64,000 nt of DNA. Origin: Camelus ferus (lineage: Eukaryota). The notes below the pieces were generated by a model, which was given only the letters and a program-made list of their open reading frames with translations, had not been told where the DNA came from and made no database searches. Position 1 is the stretch's first letter, and each line of letters opens with the position of its first letter. Position numbers and translations under genes: made by a program. The DNA is taken from contig NC_045708.1 in NCBI RefSeq assembly GCF_009834535.1, positions 496,001 through 560,000 of the forward strand, given 5' to 3'. Positions 50,707 through 62,151 of this stretch are shown here, one piece after another.

Positions 50707-53700
50707 ATGGAACCAGACCCCCAGGCCGGCGTGCAGGTGGGCATGCGTGTGGTGCGTGGCATGGACTGGAAGTGGGGCCAGCAGGACGGCGGCGAGGGCG
50801 GTGTGGGCACGGTGGTGGAGCTCGGCCGCCACGGAAGCCCTTCCACCCCGGATCGCACGGTGGTCGTGCAGTGGGACCACGGGACCCGCACCAACTACCG
50901 CGCAGGCTACCAGGGCGCGCACGACCTGCTGCTCTATGACAACGCCCAGATCGGTGCGGTGTGCGGGCCGGGGGGCGGGGCCCGGGCGGGGGCGGGGCCG
51001 CGCCGGCACCCCCTGATCCTGCCCACCCCCAGGCGTCCGCCACCCCAACATCATCTGTGACTGCTGCAAGAAGCACGGGCTGCGGGGCATGCGCTGGAAG
51101 TGCCGCGTCTGCTTCGACTACGACCTGTGCACGCAGTGCTACATGCACAACAAGCACGACCTGGCCCACGCCTTCGAGCGCTACGAGACGGCGCACTCGC
51201 GCCCGTGAGTCCCCCCGTCTCCACGAGTGGGCGGGGCCTGCCTGCGGGCTCACGTCCCGGCCACACCGGCCAGACCACTCCCCAGGGTACAGGTTAAGTC
51301 CTTCCTGAGCCATTTCCTCTAAGAGTGGCCAGGGGCACGGTCACGCCAGTGGCCTGGGTGCTGACACCAGCCCCCACCCCTTGCAGCAGAGGCCACCTTG
51401 TCCACGGAGCAGACATGCAGGGGTTGGTGCTGTGGATGGGTTGTCTGTCTGGCCCGCTTGTAGAGCCAGGCTCTGCAGTGGCGCCCCAGTGCCGCCGTGG
51501 CCAGGGCGCTGAGGGCCGCCTGTGTGGGGTGTGCAGCCAGCAGCTGCTGTGGGGGTGCTTTTGGCCTGGCTGAGGGGCTCCTTTGCTGTGGTCGGTGGAG
51601 GGGAGTCAGACTGGGGAAGAATCCACTGGGCCAGGATGGGCACCCAGAGGCACACACCTGCCCTCGCCTCCTTGACACTCCCTGTGTGCTCCACATCCCA
51701 GCTGCCCACTGGCCGGGGTGGGAGCTGGTCTCAGCTGTCTGGGTGCCTCTGACCAAGTCTGCATTCTTCCTCCCACCCCACGTGCTGAGCCCTGCACCGA
51801 GCTTGCAGAGACAGCTCCCACAGGGCCCTCAGCTCACCAGGAGGCAACAGATGTGGTGTGACCGCACCAGAGGCCGTGCTGTGACGGGGGCCTGGGGTCC
51901 CGCTCCAGCCTGGTGTCAGAGAAGGTCCCTGGGAGGGATGCAGTCAGCAGAGTCAGTCTGGGCCCAGAGGGTGAGGGGCATCGACCTGCTGTGCCAGCTG
52001 TCCCAGGGGAGAGCTGGGAGCTGGGGCCCCGGCTGCAGCCTCCGGGAGCGGGAGCAAGAGTAGAGGAGCATGGAGGGCCTGCACCATCGCACCACCCTCA
52101 TGGCCCGGGACTCACTCTCTTTTGCAGGGTCACACTGAGTCCCCGCCAGGGCCTCCCAAGGATCCCATTAAGGGGCATCTTCCAGGGGGCGAAGGTGGTT
52201 CGGGGCCCCGACTGGGAATGGGGTTCCCAGGACGGTGAGTGGGAGGCCCGGGTCGGGGGTGGGGCATGGCTGCCGCCAGGGGTGGCTCACCCTCGAGCAT
52301 GGGCTGAGCCTGCTGGCGGGGCCCTGTCTCCCAGGAGGGGAAGGGAAGTCAGGACGAGTGGTGGACATCCGTGGCTGGGATGTTGAGACGGGCCGGAGCG
52401 TGGCCAGCGTGACGTGGGCCGACGGCACCACCAATGTGTACCGCGTGGGCCACAAGGGCAAGGTGGACCTCAAGTGTGTGGGTGAGGCGGCCGGCGGCTT
52501 CTACTACAGGGAGCATCTCCCGAGGCTCGGTACGGGTGGGCCCCACCAACACCCCCCAGCTGCCCTCTGCTGTGGCTGAGCCTCGGGGGCACCACTGGGT
52601 AGACAGGGGCATGGAGGGGTAGCCCCTGAGCTGGGCCCACCGCCTTGCCCCCAGGCAAGCCCGCAGAGCTGCAGCGCCGGGTGAGTGCTGATGGCCAGCC
52701 CTTCCAGCCTGGGGACAAGGTTAAGTGTCTGCTGGACACAGACATTCTGAGGGACATGCAGGAAGGCCACGGCGGCTGGAACCCCAGGATGGCAGAGGTG
52801 AGCCCCCTCACCCGCTGAGCCCCCTGTGCCCTCCCTCCCCGCCTTCTCTGGACCCCCAGCCCTCCTGCTCCACCAGCCACAGCCTCCACGACCCGCCACA
52901 GTTTATCGGACAGACGGGCACCGTGCACCGCATCACGGACCGCGGGGACGTGCGTGTGCAGTTCCGCCACAAGACCCGCTGGACCTTCCACCCTGGGGCT
53001 CTCACCAAGGTGCATGGGGGCTGGGCTGAGTCCCTCCGCCCACTTCTGTGCCCCCTGCCCAGCCTTGAAGGAAGAAGGGAGGGCCTAACGGGGTCCAGAG
53101 ACGATTAGTTCTATGGGGAGGGGACCCAGGTGTCAGAACGTGCAAGGCGTGACACGGGAAGCTGTTGGAAGCTGGGCAAGCAGAGGAAGCCACTGCAGCC
53201 TCAAAGGCAGGAGGTGGTGTGGTTGGGCTGATTTTCTAGAATACTCCCTGTGGGTGCACCAAGAAAGGTGGGAAGGCCGCTTAGGACGGGGTGGACACTG
53301 GGCTCAGGGCAGTGGGGATGGGGTGGGTGTGGGGAGACGGTTTCTTGGACGGGCAATGCAGGAGAGGGGAGGCAGGCAGGCGGCAGAGCATCCACTGATG
53401 GGCCCTGGGTCAGAGAACAGGCCCCTCGAGGGGGTGTGCCCGGCTCAGCTCTGGAACTGGGACACCTGCGGGCCTTCAGGAAAGGGGTATGGTAGGGTCA
53501 CAGGACAGGGTTTGTACAGTGAGTTCTGTGCAGGTGAGGGCAAGCTGTGGAGGAAGTTGCTTGGAAAGGCTTGGTGGGAGGAGGAACAGGCTCAATCCTG
53601 GGCACTGCCCTTCCCGAACCAGGCTAGTCTGGTCCTGGCCATGCCCCTCCCCCATCAGTGTGCGGGGAAAGGGCACCCTGGCTTCCTGTCGGGCGGATGC

Positions 53701-56700
53701 TGCCCAGGTCCCCGTTGCCTCATCCAGCCCACTCCTCTGATCACGCTTTCCAGCAGGGGTGGGGTCCTGTTCAGGCCTGTCCTGTGGAGCTGGATGGGGG
53801 CACCCTTACCTGCCAGAGCCCCTCACGTGCCTTTCTCTCACTCAGCACAACTCCTTCTGGGTGGGCGACGTGGTGCGGGTCATTGACGACCTTGACACAG
53901 TGAAGCGGCTGCAGGCCGGGCATGGCGAGTGGACAGATGATATGGCCCCAGTGAGTCCCCCACCCCCACGTTTGCCTCCCTCTCCCACCCTAGACCTGCC
54001 TGTGACCCCGCCCTCTTACCCCCCTCAGGCTCTGGGCCAGCATCGGGAAGGTGGTGAAGGTTTTCGGAGATGGAAACCTGCGTGTGGCAGTCAGCGGTCA
54101 GCTGTGGACCTTCAGCCCCTGCTGTCTGGTGGCCTACCGGCCCGAGGAGGATGCCAACCTAGATGTGGCTGAGCGCGCCAGGGAGAACAAAAGTGAGGGT
54201 GGCTGGCTGTGTGGCTGGTGGGAGGCGGGGCTGCCCCGCCACCTCTTAATCTCAGCCCCGCCTCCCCAGGCTCCCTGAGCCTCGTTCTGGACAAGCTTCG
54301 AGCCCAGAAGAGTGACCTGGAGCACCCAGGGAGGCTGGTGGTGGAGGTGGCCCTGGGCAATGTGGCCCGGGCTCTGGACCTGCTGCGGAGGCACCCAGAG
54401 CAGGCGAGCTCCTGAGGCCCTGCTTCTTCTCAGGCCCGGCCAGCCCCTGGGAGGGGTGGGGGCCCAGGGGCTAACCTGCTGCTGCCTCTCCCGGCAGGTG
54501 GACACCAAGAACCAGGGCAGGACTGCCCTGCAGGTGGCGGCCTACCTCGGCCAGGTAGAGCTGGTACGACTGCTGCTGCAGGCGCGGGCAGGCGTGGACC
54601 TGGCAGATGATGAAGGCAACACGGCACTGCACTATGCAGCCCTGGGGTGAGGCCCGGGGCAGAGCACAGTAGGCTGGGCCTGCAGGTCTAGAGGGTGGAC
54701 ACAGCTCCTCTCCCGCTTCCTCTTTCTCCAGGAACCAGCCAGAGGCCACTCTGGTGCTCCTGAGCTCAGGTTGCGGGGCTAACGCCCTTAATGGCACCCG
54801 GAGCTCAGCACTGCACGTGGCCGTGCAGAGGGGCTTCCTGGAGGTGGTGAGGGTCCTGTGTGAGCGTGGCTGTGACGTCAACTTGCCTGTGAGTGCTGGG
54901 TCCCCTGGTCCCTGTCCCTGGGGTCAAGGAGACAGTGACCTTCCCGCCAAGTGACTGCTGGTCCACCACCGACAGGATGCTCACGCCAACACTCCCCTGC
55001 ACTGCGCCATCTCGGCGGGCAGTGCCGCCAGTGGCATCGTGGAGGTCCTCACTGAGGTGCCAGGCATTGACATCACTGCCACTAACAGCCAAGGCTTCAC
55101 TCTCTTGCACCACGCGTCCCTCAAAGGCCACACGCTGTGAGTGTAGGGTGGGCACGGGCTCCTGCCGTGCTGCCAGGCCACTCCAGGGTCGCCCCTGACC
55201 CGACGTGTCTCGCTGCTCCCGCAGAGCTGTCAAGAGGATCCTGGCACGGGCCCGGCAGCTGGTGGATGCCCAGAAAGAGGACGGATTCACGGCACTGCAC
55301 CTGGCTGCCCTCAACAACCACTGGGAGGTGGCCCAGGTTCTCATCAGAGAGGTGCAGGCACGGGGTCCTGGGCCAGCCCAGGGACTGGGGAGTCAGGGCC
55401 CACTGGGGTCCCGGGGCTGAGCCTGTGCCCACCGCCCTCCCCAGGGCCGCTGTGATGTGAATGTTCGCAACCGGAAGCTCCAGTCCCCACTGCACCTGGC
55501 CGTGCAGCAGGCCCATGTAGGGCTGGTGCCGCTGCTGGTGGACGCGGGCTGCAGTGTCAATGCCGAAGATGAGGAGGGGGATACGGCGCTGCACGTGGCA
55601 CTGCAGCGTCATCAGCTGCTGCCCCTGGTGGCTGATGGGGCCGGGGGGGACCCGGGGCCCTTGCAGCTGCTGTCCAGGGTGAGGAAGTGTGACTCTGGGT
55701 GCTGGAGAGGGTATGGCGTCTGGCTGCAGGCTTGGGTAGGGTCTGACTTCTGTCCACCTGCACCTTCAGGGATGGTCCAGGGAGCCAGGCCCTCTCAGGG
55801 TGGTGCAGCCTGGGCCACGGTGGTTTGCTGGAGGCATCTTCTCATATCTTGGTCACCACGGTGTGGCCAGTGTTCCTGAGTGTGTGGTCCTGTCTGGCCT
55901 GGGGAAGGAGGTGGGGCCCAATGGGGTTGGGCCGCGGTATGTGCAGAGATAGTGTCAGGACTCAGTCCCTACCCCCGGAGCTGCCTGGCCAGGGCCTTTT
56001 ATCTCCCTGTCTATGGTCAGCGGCCTGGACAGGGAGGGGTGCCCAGGCCTGTGCAGCCCAGTGCCAACCGGGGCTCCTTTCAGGCCAGCGTTTCTGCCGT
56101 GCCCACCCTCACCAGCGTCTGTCCTACCACCCAGCTGCAGGCCTCAGGCCTTCCTGGCAACGTGGAGCTGACGGCAGGTGCGGCAGTCGCCTGCTTCCTG
56201 GCGCTGGAAGGCGCTGACTTGAGCTACGCTAACCACCGCGGCCGGAGCCCGCTGGACTTCGCCACCGAGGGCCGGGTGCTCAAAGCCCTGCAGGGATGTG
56301 CCCAGCGCTTCCGGTGAGCCCGGTGGGCGGGTGGGCGGGGCGGGGCGGGGCCGGGCCAGGCCGGCGTCCCAGGGCCCTTTTAAGCTCCTCCTCCCACCGC
56401 AGTGAGCGGCAGGCAGGCGGCGGCGGGGTTGCGGCCCAGGGCCCAAGGCTGGTGATCAGCGCCCCCAACACCGTGACCAACCTGCACGTGCCGGCGCCGT
56501 CGGGCCCCGAGGCCGCCGAGTGCTTGGTGTGCTCGGAGCTGGCACTGCTGGTGCTGTTCTCGCCGTGCCAGCACCGCACGGTGTGCGAGGGTGAGTGCCA
56601 AAGCTTGGCAGGCGGGGCCTGGGTGCGGGCGGGGCAGCCCTGCTCAACTGCGCTCCCCCGCAGAGTGCTCGCGGAGGATGAAGAAGTGCATCAGGTGCCA

Positions 56701-57110
56701 GGTGGTCATCATCAAGAAGCTGCGTCCAGGTGGGGCTCCGCTCCAGTCCCGGCCCGCCCCGCCCCCAGGCGCCCGCCCCGCCCGCGGCTCACGGCTCCGC
56801 CCCCTACTAGTGTCTCTCACCCCTACTCGCGGCTCTACGCTGCGGCCACGGCCCGTCACCCCTTCCCGCAGATGGCACGGAGGTGGTCAGCGCGGCCCCC
56901 GCACCCGGCCCGCCGAGGCAGCTGGTGGAGGAGCTGCAGAGCCGCTACCGGCAGATGGAGGAGCGCATCACCTGCCCCATCTGTATCGACAGCCACATCC
57001 GCCTCGTGTTCCAGTGCGGCCACGGCGCGTGCGCGCCCTGTGGCGCTGCGCTTAGCGCCTGCCCCATTTGCCGCCAGCCCATCCGCGACCGCATCCAGAT
57101 CTTCGTGTAG
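50707..57110 (+). CDS. MIB2: E3 ubiquitin-protein ligase MIB2 (Mib/HERC2-ZZ-Mib/HERC2, Mib repeats, ankyrin repeats, two RINGs); apparent 1-nt insertion in coding exon 8
   Basis: Coding exons 50707-50953, 51033-51204, 52128-52234, 52335-52529, 52655-52797, 52902-53009, 53846-53950, 54029-54192, 54270-54403, 54498-54646, 54732-54888, 54976-55136, 55225-55351, 55445-55678, 56135-56313, 56403-56590, 56664-56729, 56872-57110. Begins [18 protein letters not shown] and ends [19 protein letters not shown]. The sum is 2875 nt, one base more than a 957-aa ORF. All other phases are consistent. Confidence 0.95.
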
Positions 57111-57186
57111 CCCCCGCCCCCGCCGGGTCCGCCTCGTCCCGGGGCCACGCCCTGCGGCCGCCTTTGCACACCCGTATCCAGTGTTT

Positions 57187-57192
57187 TATAAA
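57187..57192 (+). terminator. MIB2 probable variant poly(A) signal TATAAA
   Basis: Best hexamer in the AT-rich patch 77 nt after the stop. No plus-strand AATAAA seen nearby. Confidence 0.5.
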
Positions 57193-58599
57193 AAGATCCA
57201 CTGACTTTGCGCCTGGTTGCCTGCCTGGGGTGGGGCCGCGCGGGTCCCCTACCCGGGGCTGTCTTGACCCACCCCTTAACTCGGCTTGCCCAGCTCTGGG
57301 CTCTGCGCTTTGGCTGAAGGTTCTGCTCTTTTTCCCAGGGCTCATGGATCCAGAGTCCTGCCCGGACCCCGGCCTCAGAGCCAGAAAGAATGGGGTCCAG
57401 GCTCGCGTGTCTGTCTTCCTGAAGGTCTGGGTGGGCCGAAAGTCTAACAGCGCCTCCTCCTTGCTCTTGGAGGTGGCTGTGGAGACAGGCTTTGGCCAAA
57501 GCAGGACCTGGTCTCGTGGCAGGCTGTGAGGTCCTGGCTAAGTGGAGAGTGAGGCCAAGCAGCTGTTTCAGGCCAGGCGCCCCCTCCAGGGTCTCCGGAC
57601 TGCTGAGCGCGGGGAGGCAGAGCAGGGACCTGGGAAGAGGGCAGGGCACAGGGCGGAGAGGATCGGTTTATTGGCACAAATGTTTGGCCACGAAGTGGGG
57701 CGCAGTTCTCGTCTTGGTCCAGTGGCCGGGCGCTTTCCAAGAACCACCCGAAATGCTCTCCCGGAGCCTCCTGGCTGTCTGCCAGACACTTGGCGCTGAC
57801 CCTGCTGGCCTGGCGCACCACTGTCACTCTGGGCTCAAGGCCTGGATGGAGAGCGGGGAGGGCCAGCATCCCGGCCTCGTCTGTCCTGGCGCCTCCCTCT
57901 CGGCTCAATACCCCGGCCCCCACCCCGTCTCCCCTGCCCCGAGTCCGCTCTGCCCTGGTGGGCCTCTCAGTGCTCACAGCCCAGAGGCACCCTTGCCAAC
58001 ATCCCACCTGGCTTGGCTTCTCTGCCCCGTGGAGCCTGAGGGCCGTCCCGTCGAGTCATCCGCCTCAAGACACCAGTTCCCCCAGCCCCCACCAGGACCG
58101 TTCAGACTTCGGCACCCCCTCCGCAGGGATAGCCGAGTGGGGATTCCTGGCTCTGACAGCTGTCGCGCCCCGCACTTAGAGCCCTTCCCACTCGCCCCCC
58201 CACGGGGTCCCTCCGCTGGCACTTGCAGGCCCCCCTCCCCCCTGGTGCTTCAAGCCTTGCCTCTGCTGGCGTCAGCCCCTCGCCTCCCTCTTCCTCAGCC
58301 GGGTACTCTCTTGCCACGTCCCCTCCCGCCGCGTCCCTCCCCTCTCGCAGGGTCCCTGTCAGGCCAGTGCCTGCCAGGGAACGTGTCCTGAGCTGGCCAG
58401 GATGGAGGTGCCACTCCCTGGTCTCCTCCTATGTCCGGTGGTTGAGGGGGTTCCATTTGGGGGAAAAGCCGCCAAGTCATTCAGCCCCCAGCGAGTTTGG
58501 GGACCCCAGCTAATTACCCCTTCATAAGCCTGTGCCCTTGGCTTCTGTCCGTTCCCTGGCGTCCGGGGGCCCTCATCACCCCCCCCAAGTGACCCCGCC

Positions 58600-59100
58600 C
58601 AGCAGGCCCTGCCCAGGCCACTGCCACCGACCCACAGGCCCAGGTCCCCGCGCGCGCCCGCGGCTGGAGGGGGCGGGTGCTCCCAACAGCGGGCAGCCAG
58701 CTGGTTCTCTTCAGGGCCGGGCGTGTCCCCCTCCCCCCAGAGCTGTAACCCGAGCCTCCATAGCGCCTCCCCGCTGCCCCGAGCCCCGACAGCGAGTCCG
58801 CAGGCGCCATGGGCCGCGGGGCCTGCGTCCCCTCGGAGGCGTCGGGGACCGGCGACCGGCCCCGCCGGCTCGGAGCCGTGCTGGGCGCGCTGTGCCTCCT
58901 CCCCGCGCTCGTGCTGCTGACCCGGCAGGGGGTCCCGGCGGCCCGGCCCGCGGCGAGCGCAGCGCAGGTGAGAGTGGGCTCGGGAAACGGGCGGGTCCAG
59001 CCCGGCTCCGCGGCCCAGGTGTTGGCGAGGTCGTGTGTCCGCCGGTGGGGCGGGGGGAGCGGGCAGCATCTGCCTCCAACCCCGCCCACTCTGACCTGGC
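58600..59100. promoter_or_regulatory. MMP23 CpG island / promoter
   Basis: CpG-rich region spanning the ATG and exon 1, with GC boxes at ~58665-58680. Confidence 0.7.
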
Positions 59101-61063
59101 CTGTTTTTAGTAACCTTTTTTTCCTGGTTAAAGTAACCCCGCTCCGGGTATTACACCAGAAAATGTCAGCGCTGCCGGGAGCGTGCGGCCCCCACCCCAT
59201 TTCCTTCCAGTCCCTTTTCCTGGCATCTTCGGGCTTGGGGCCAGCCCCTGCTGCCTCCCCAATGGGCACTTGCTTCCCTTGAAGGGAGATGCTGCGCCCC
59301 ACCCCGCGGGTGTCCCAGCCCCCGCGAGCCTTGGTCCACTGCACCCCCAGGCGCCTCGCAGACGCCGCTACACCCTGACCCCCGCCAGGCTGCGTTGGGA
59401 CCACTTTAACCTCACGTACAGGTGCGACCCTGGCCCTGGGGGGATGGGGTGCGATGCAGCCTAGCCACAACCCCTGACCTGGACTCCCCTCCCTCCCCTC
59501 CAGGATCCTCTCCTTCCCAAGGAACCTGCTGAGCCCCAGCGAGACCCGGCGGGGCCTGGCCGCCGCCTTCCGCATGTGGAGTGACGTGTCCCCCTTCAGC
59601 TTCCGCGAGGTGGCCCCCGAGCAGCCCAGCGACCTACGCATAGGTGGGCACCGTGCCCCTGCCCCCGCCCAGCCACGAGGCCCCCTCTCAGCCCCATGCT
59701 CCCCCANNNNNNNNNNNNNNNNNNNNNNNNNNNNNNNNNNNNNNNNNNNNNNNNNNNNNNNNNNNNNNNNNNNNNNNNNNNNNNNNNNNNNNNNNNNNNN
59801 NNNNNNNNNNNNNNNNNNNNNNNNNNNNNNNNNNNNNNNNNNNNNNNNNNNNNNNNNNNNNNNNNNNNNNNNNNNNNNNNNNNNNNNNNNNNNNCCTGTG
59901 GGGGCCCTCACACCACGATGGGCATGGGGGTGGGTCTTGGGGGTCGTGGCTGCAGTGGGGCTCAAGCATGCAGGGAGGGGAAGGCTGTGAGGAGGCCTGG
60001 AGGCCTGGGTTCCCGGAGCCTGAAGCCCCCCCACCCCCACACCGCCGGAGCTGGAGCTGCATTCCTGGGGGCCAGCTCACCGCCTCGCTGGCCTGGAACA
60101 TTCTTATCTTCCCATGGCTGCGCCGAGGGAGGCTCCCTGCCCTGCCGCAGATGTGCGGGCCGCGGGGAGTAAGGCCGGCGGGCGGAGGGAGGAGGGCTGG
60201 GCCGGGGTCCGAGGCGCTGACCGGCAGGGCCTGCAGGCGTGTGGCTCACCGACCTGGTGCACGTGGCGGCCCACGAGATCGGCCACGCGCTGGGCCTGAT
60301 GCACTCTCAGCACGGCCGGGCGCTCATGCACCTCAACGCCACGCTGCGCGGCTGGAAGGCTCTGTCACAGGACGAGCTGTGGGGGCTGCACCGGCTCTAC
60401 GGTCAGTGCCCCGGCCCAGGGTGCGGGCGGGCGGGCGGGCTGGGGGCCGGGCAGGCCCTGACTCGGCCGCCGTCCTGCAGGCTGCCTGGACCGGCTGTTC
60501 GTGTGCGCGTCCTGGGCGCGGAGGGGCTTCTGCGACGCCCGCCAGCGGCTCATGAAGAGGCTGTGCCCCAGCAGCTGTGACTTCTGCTACGGTGAGGGCA
60601 GTCGGGTGCCTGCCCCGACCCGGTCTGCGCCGTGGGCCAGGCACTGAGGCGGCCTCTCCCCCCGCCCAAGCAGAGTTCCCCTTCCCCACGGTGGCCGCCA
60701 CCGCCCCGCCCCCCAGGACCAAAACCCGGCTGGTGCCGGAGGGTAGGAACGTGACCTTCCGCTGTGGCCAGAAGATCCTCCATAAGAAAGGCAAAGTGTA
60801 GTGAGTGACCCCCCCCCCAACCGGGGCGCCCAAGGGTGGGCGGCGCGGGCGGGGACGGGACCCTGCCCAGCGCTCNNNNNNNNNNNNNNNNNNNNNNNNN
60901 NNNNNNNNNNNNNNNNNNNNNNNNNNNNNNNNNNNNNNNNNNNNNNNNNNNNNNNNNNNNNNNNNNNNNNNNNNNNNNNNNNNNNNNNNNNNNNNNNNNN
61001 NNNNNNNNNNNNNNNNNNNNNNNGCTCAGCACCTACTCCTGGCGAGTCCGCGTGCGGAGCTGA
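58809..61063 (+). CDS. MMP23B: matrix metallopeptidase 23 (type II TM, furin site, zincin domain, ShKT domain, Ig-like domain)
   Basis: Exons 58809-58967, 59285-59421 (PRRRR|YTLTP), 59504-59643, [exon 4 inferred inside N gap 59707-59894], 60237-60401 (HEIGHALGLMH zinc motif), 60481-60591 (CLDRLFVC...CPSSCDFC), 60674-60800, and a last exon mostly in gap 60876-61023 ending LSTYSWRVRVRS-TGA. Confidence 0.95.
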
Positions 61064-61089
61064 GGCCCCTCCGGCAGGCTGAGGCTGCT

Positions 61090-61095
61090 GATAAA
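61090..61095 (+). terminator. MMP23 probable variant poly(A) signal GATAAA
   Basis: ctGATAAAgccctttctct, 27 nt after the stop. Confidence 0.55.
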
Positions 61096-61941
61096 GCCCT
61101 TTCTCTCTGACGTCTCCGCGCCCTTTCTTGGGAGGGTGGGTGGCCGGTCTTGCGCCCACGGAGCAGGGAGCCTGAGGCCAGGACACCCCGACTTCCCTGC
61201 ATAGTTCCTTGCGGGGAGAACACAGGCCCCGGAGACAGGCCAGGAAGGGCTTCTGCAGACGGAGCCTGCAAGCGGGTCCGCTGAGGCCCAGAATGAGGCA
61301 GGAAGCTGAGCCAGGGTGGGGGCTGCTATGGCTGCCTGGCCTCCCCGAGCACAGCAGGTCAGGGGTTGGGGGACGCCCTCAGCAGGAGGAGGGGACCAGG
61401 CTGGGGACCCCAACAGAAGGGACTAGCTTGGTGTGGGCAGTGGCAAGGGTCCCCTCTGTAGAAGCGACACCCTGTCCCGCCAGACCAGGAGCTGAAGGAC
61501 TTGCTGGTGGCAGGAGCCGGGCCCACGTGGGATCAGAGGCCCCCCTTGCTCCCACCTCCCCTCCCAGGCAGCACTAGCCCAGCACCCGGTGCAGGGCCAG
61601 TGGCTGAAAGAAGGACATTCCAGATCTTTCCTCCAAGAGTATTTTACTACATCTTAAAACGTGTAACCACCTTGTACAAAAAACCCACTGTGGCTGAGCA
61701 CGCCACGCCCAGCTCCGGGGGCCTGGGGGAGGGAAGGAGGCCTGGCAACTGCAGCCTGAACAGTACAGAGTAAAACCCCCACAGTTCAGTCCCTAGTCGC
61801 GGCCAGCACCGGACCGGCCTGGCCCCCAGCAGTCACCGTGGTTGTGTGCGAGGGAGGACGGACGCCCGCCCTCTCCTTGCAGGGAAGGTCCAATACCTCT
61901 GAAAAAATACAGCCTTTCCTCCCACAACAAGGAAAATGTGA

Positions 61942-61947
61942 TTTAAT
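61942..61947 (-). terminator. CDK11 poly(A) signal ATTAAA
   Basis: Minus strand TGTAGA-ATTAAA-TCACATTTTCCTTGTTGTGG, ~205 nt after the stop, followed by U/GU-rich sequence. Confidence 0.75.
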
Positions 61948-62151
61948 TCTACAAATTTACAAGCCTAGATGAAATAAAAACAAAATGCGGAGACCCAACA
62001 GGACCAGCAGTCTGACTTGAGGCTGGCAGCCGCCGCGTCCAGTCAGGGCAGGACCTAGGTGGACCCAGATGCCGCCTCCAACGTCTGCCCTGGTCCCAGC
62101 TGGGCCGTCGGTCGGCATTCCCCAGGGTGGGTCTGGGGTCCACTCTGAAGC

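Noticed and set aside
57492-58391. 299-aa minus-strand ORF between MIB2 and MMP23
   Set aside because: No recognisable domain, a GC-rich Pro/Ala/Gly/Arg composition, and overlapping long ORFs in other frames, all typical of stop-poor GC DNA.
58514-60040. 508-aa minus-strand ORF antisense to MMP23
   Set aside because: An antisense shadow inflated by an N gap, with no homology signal.
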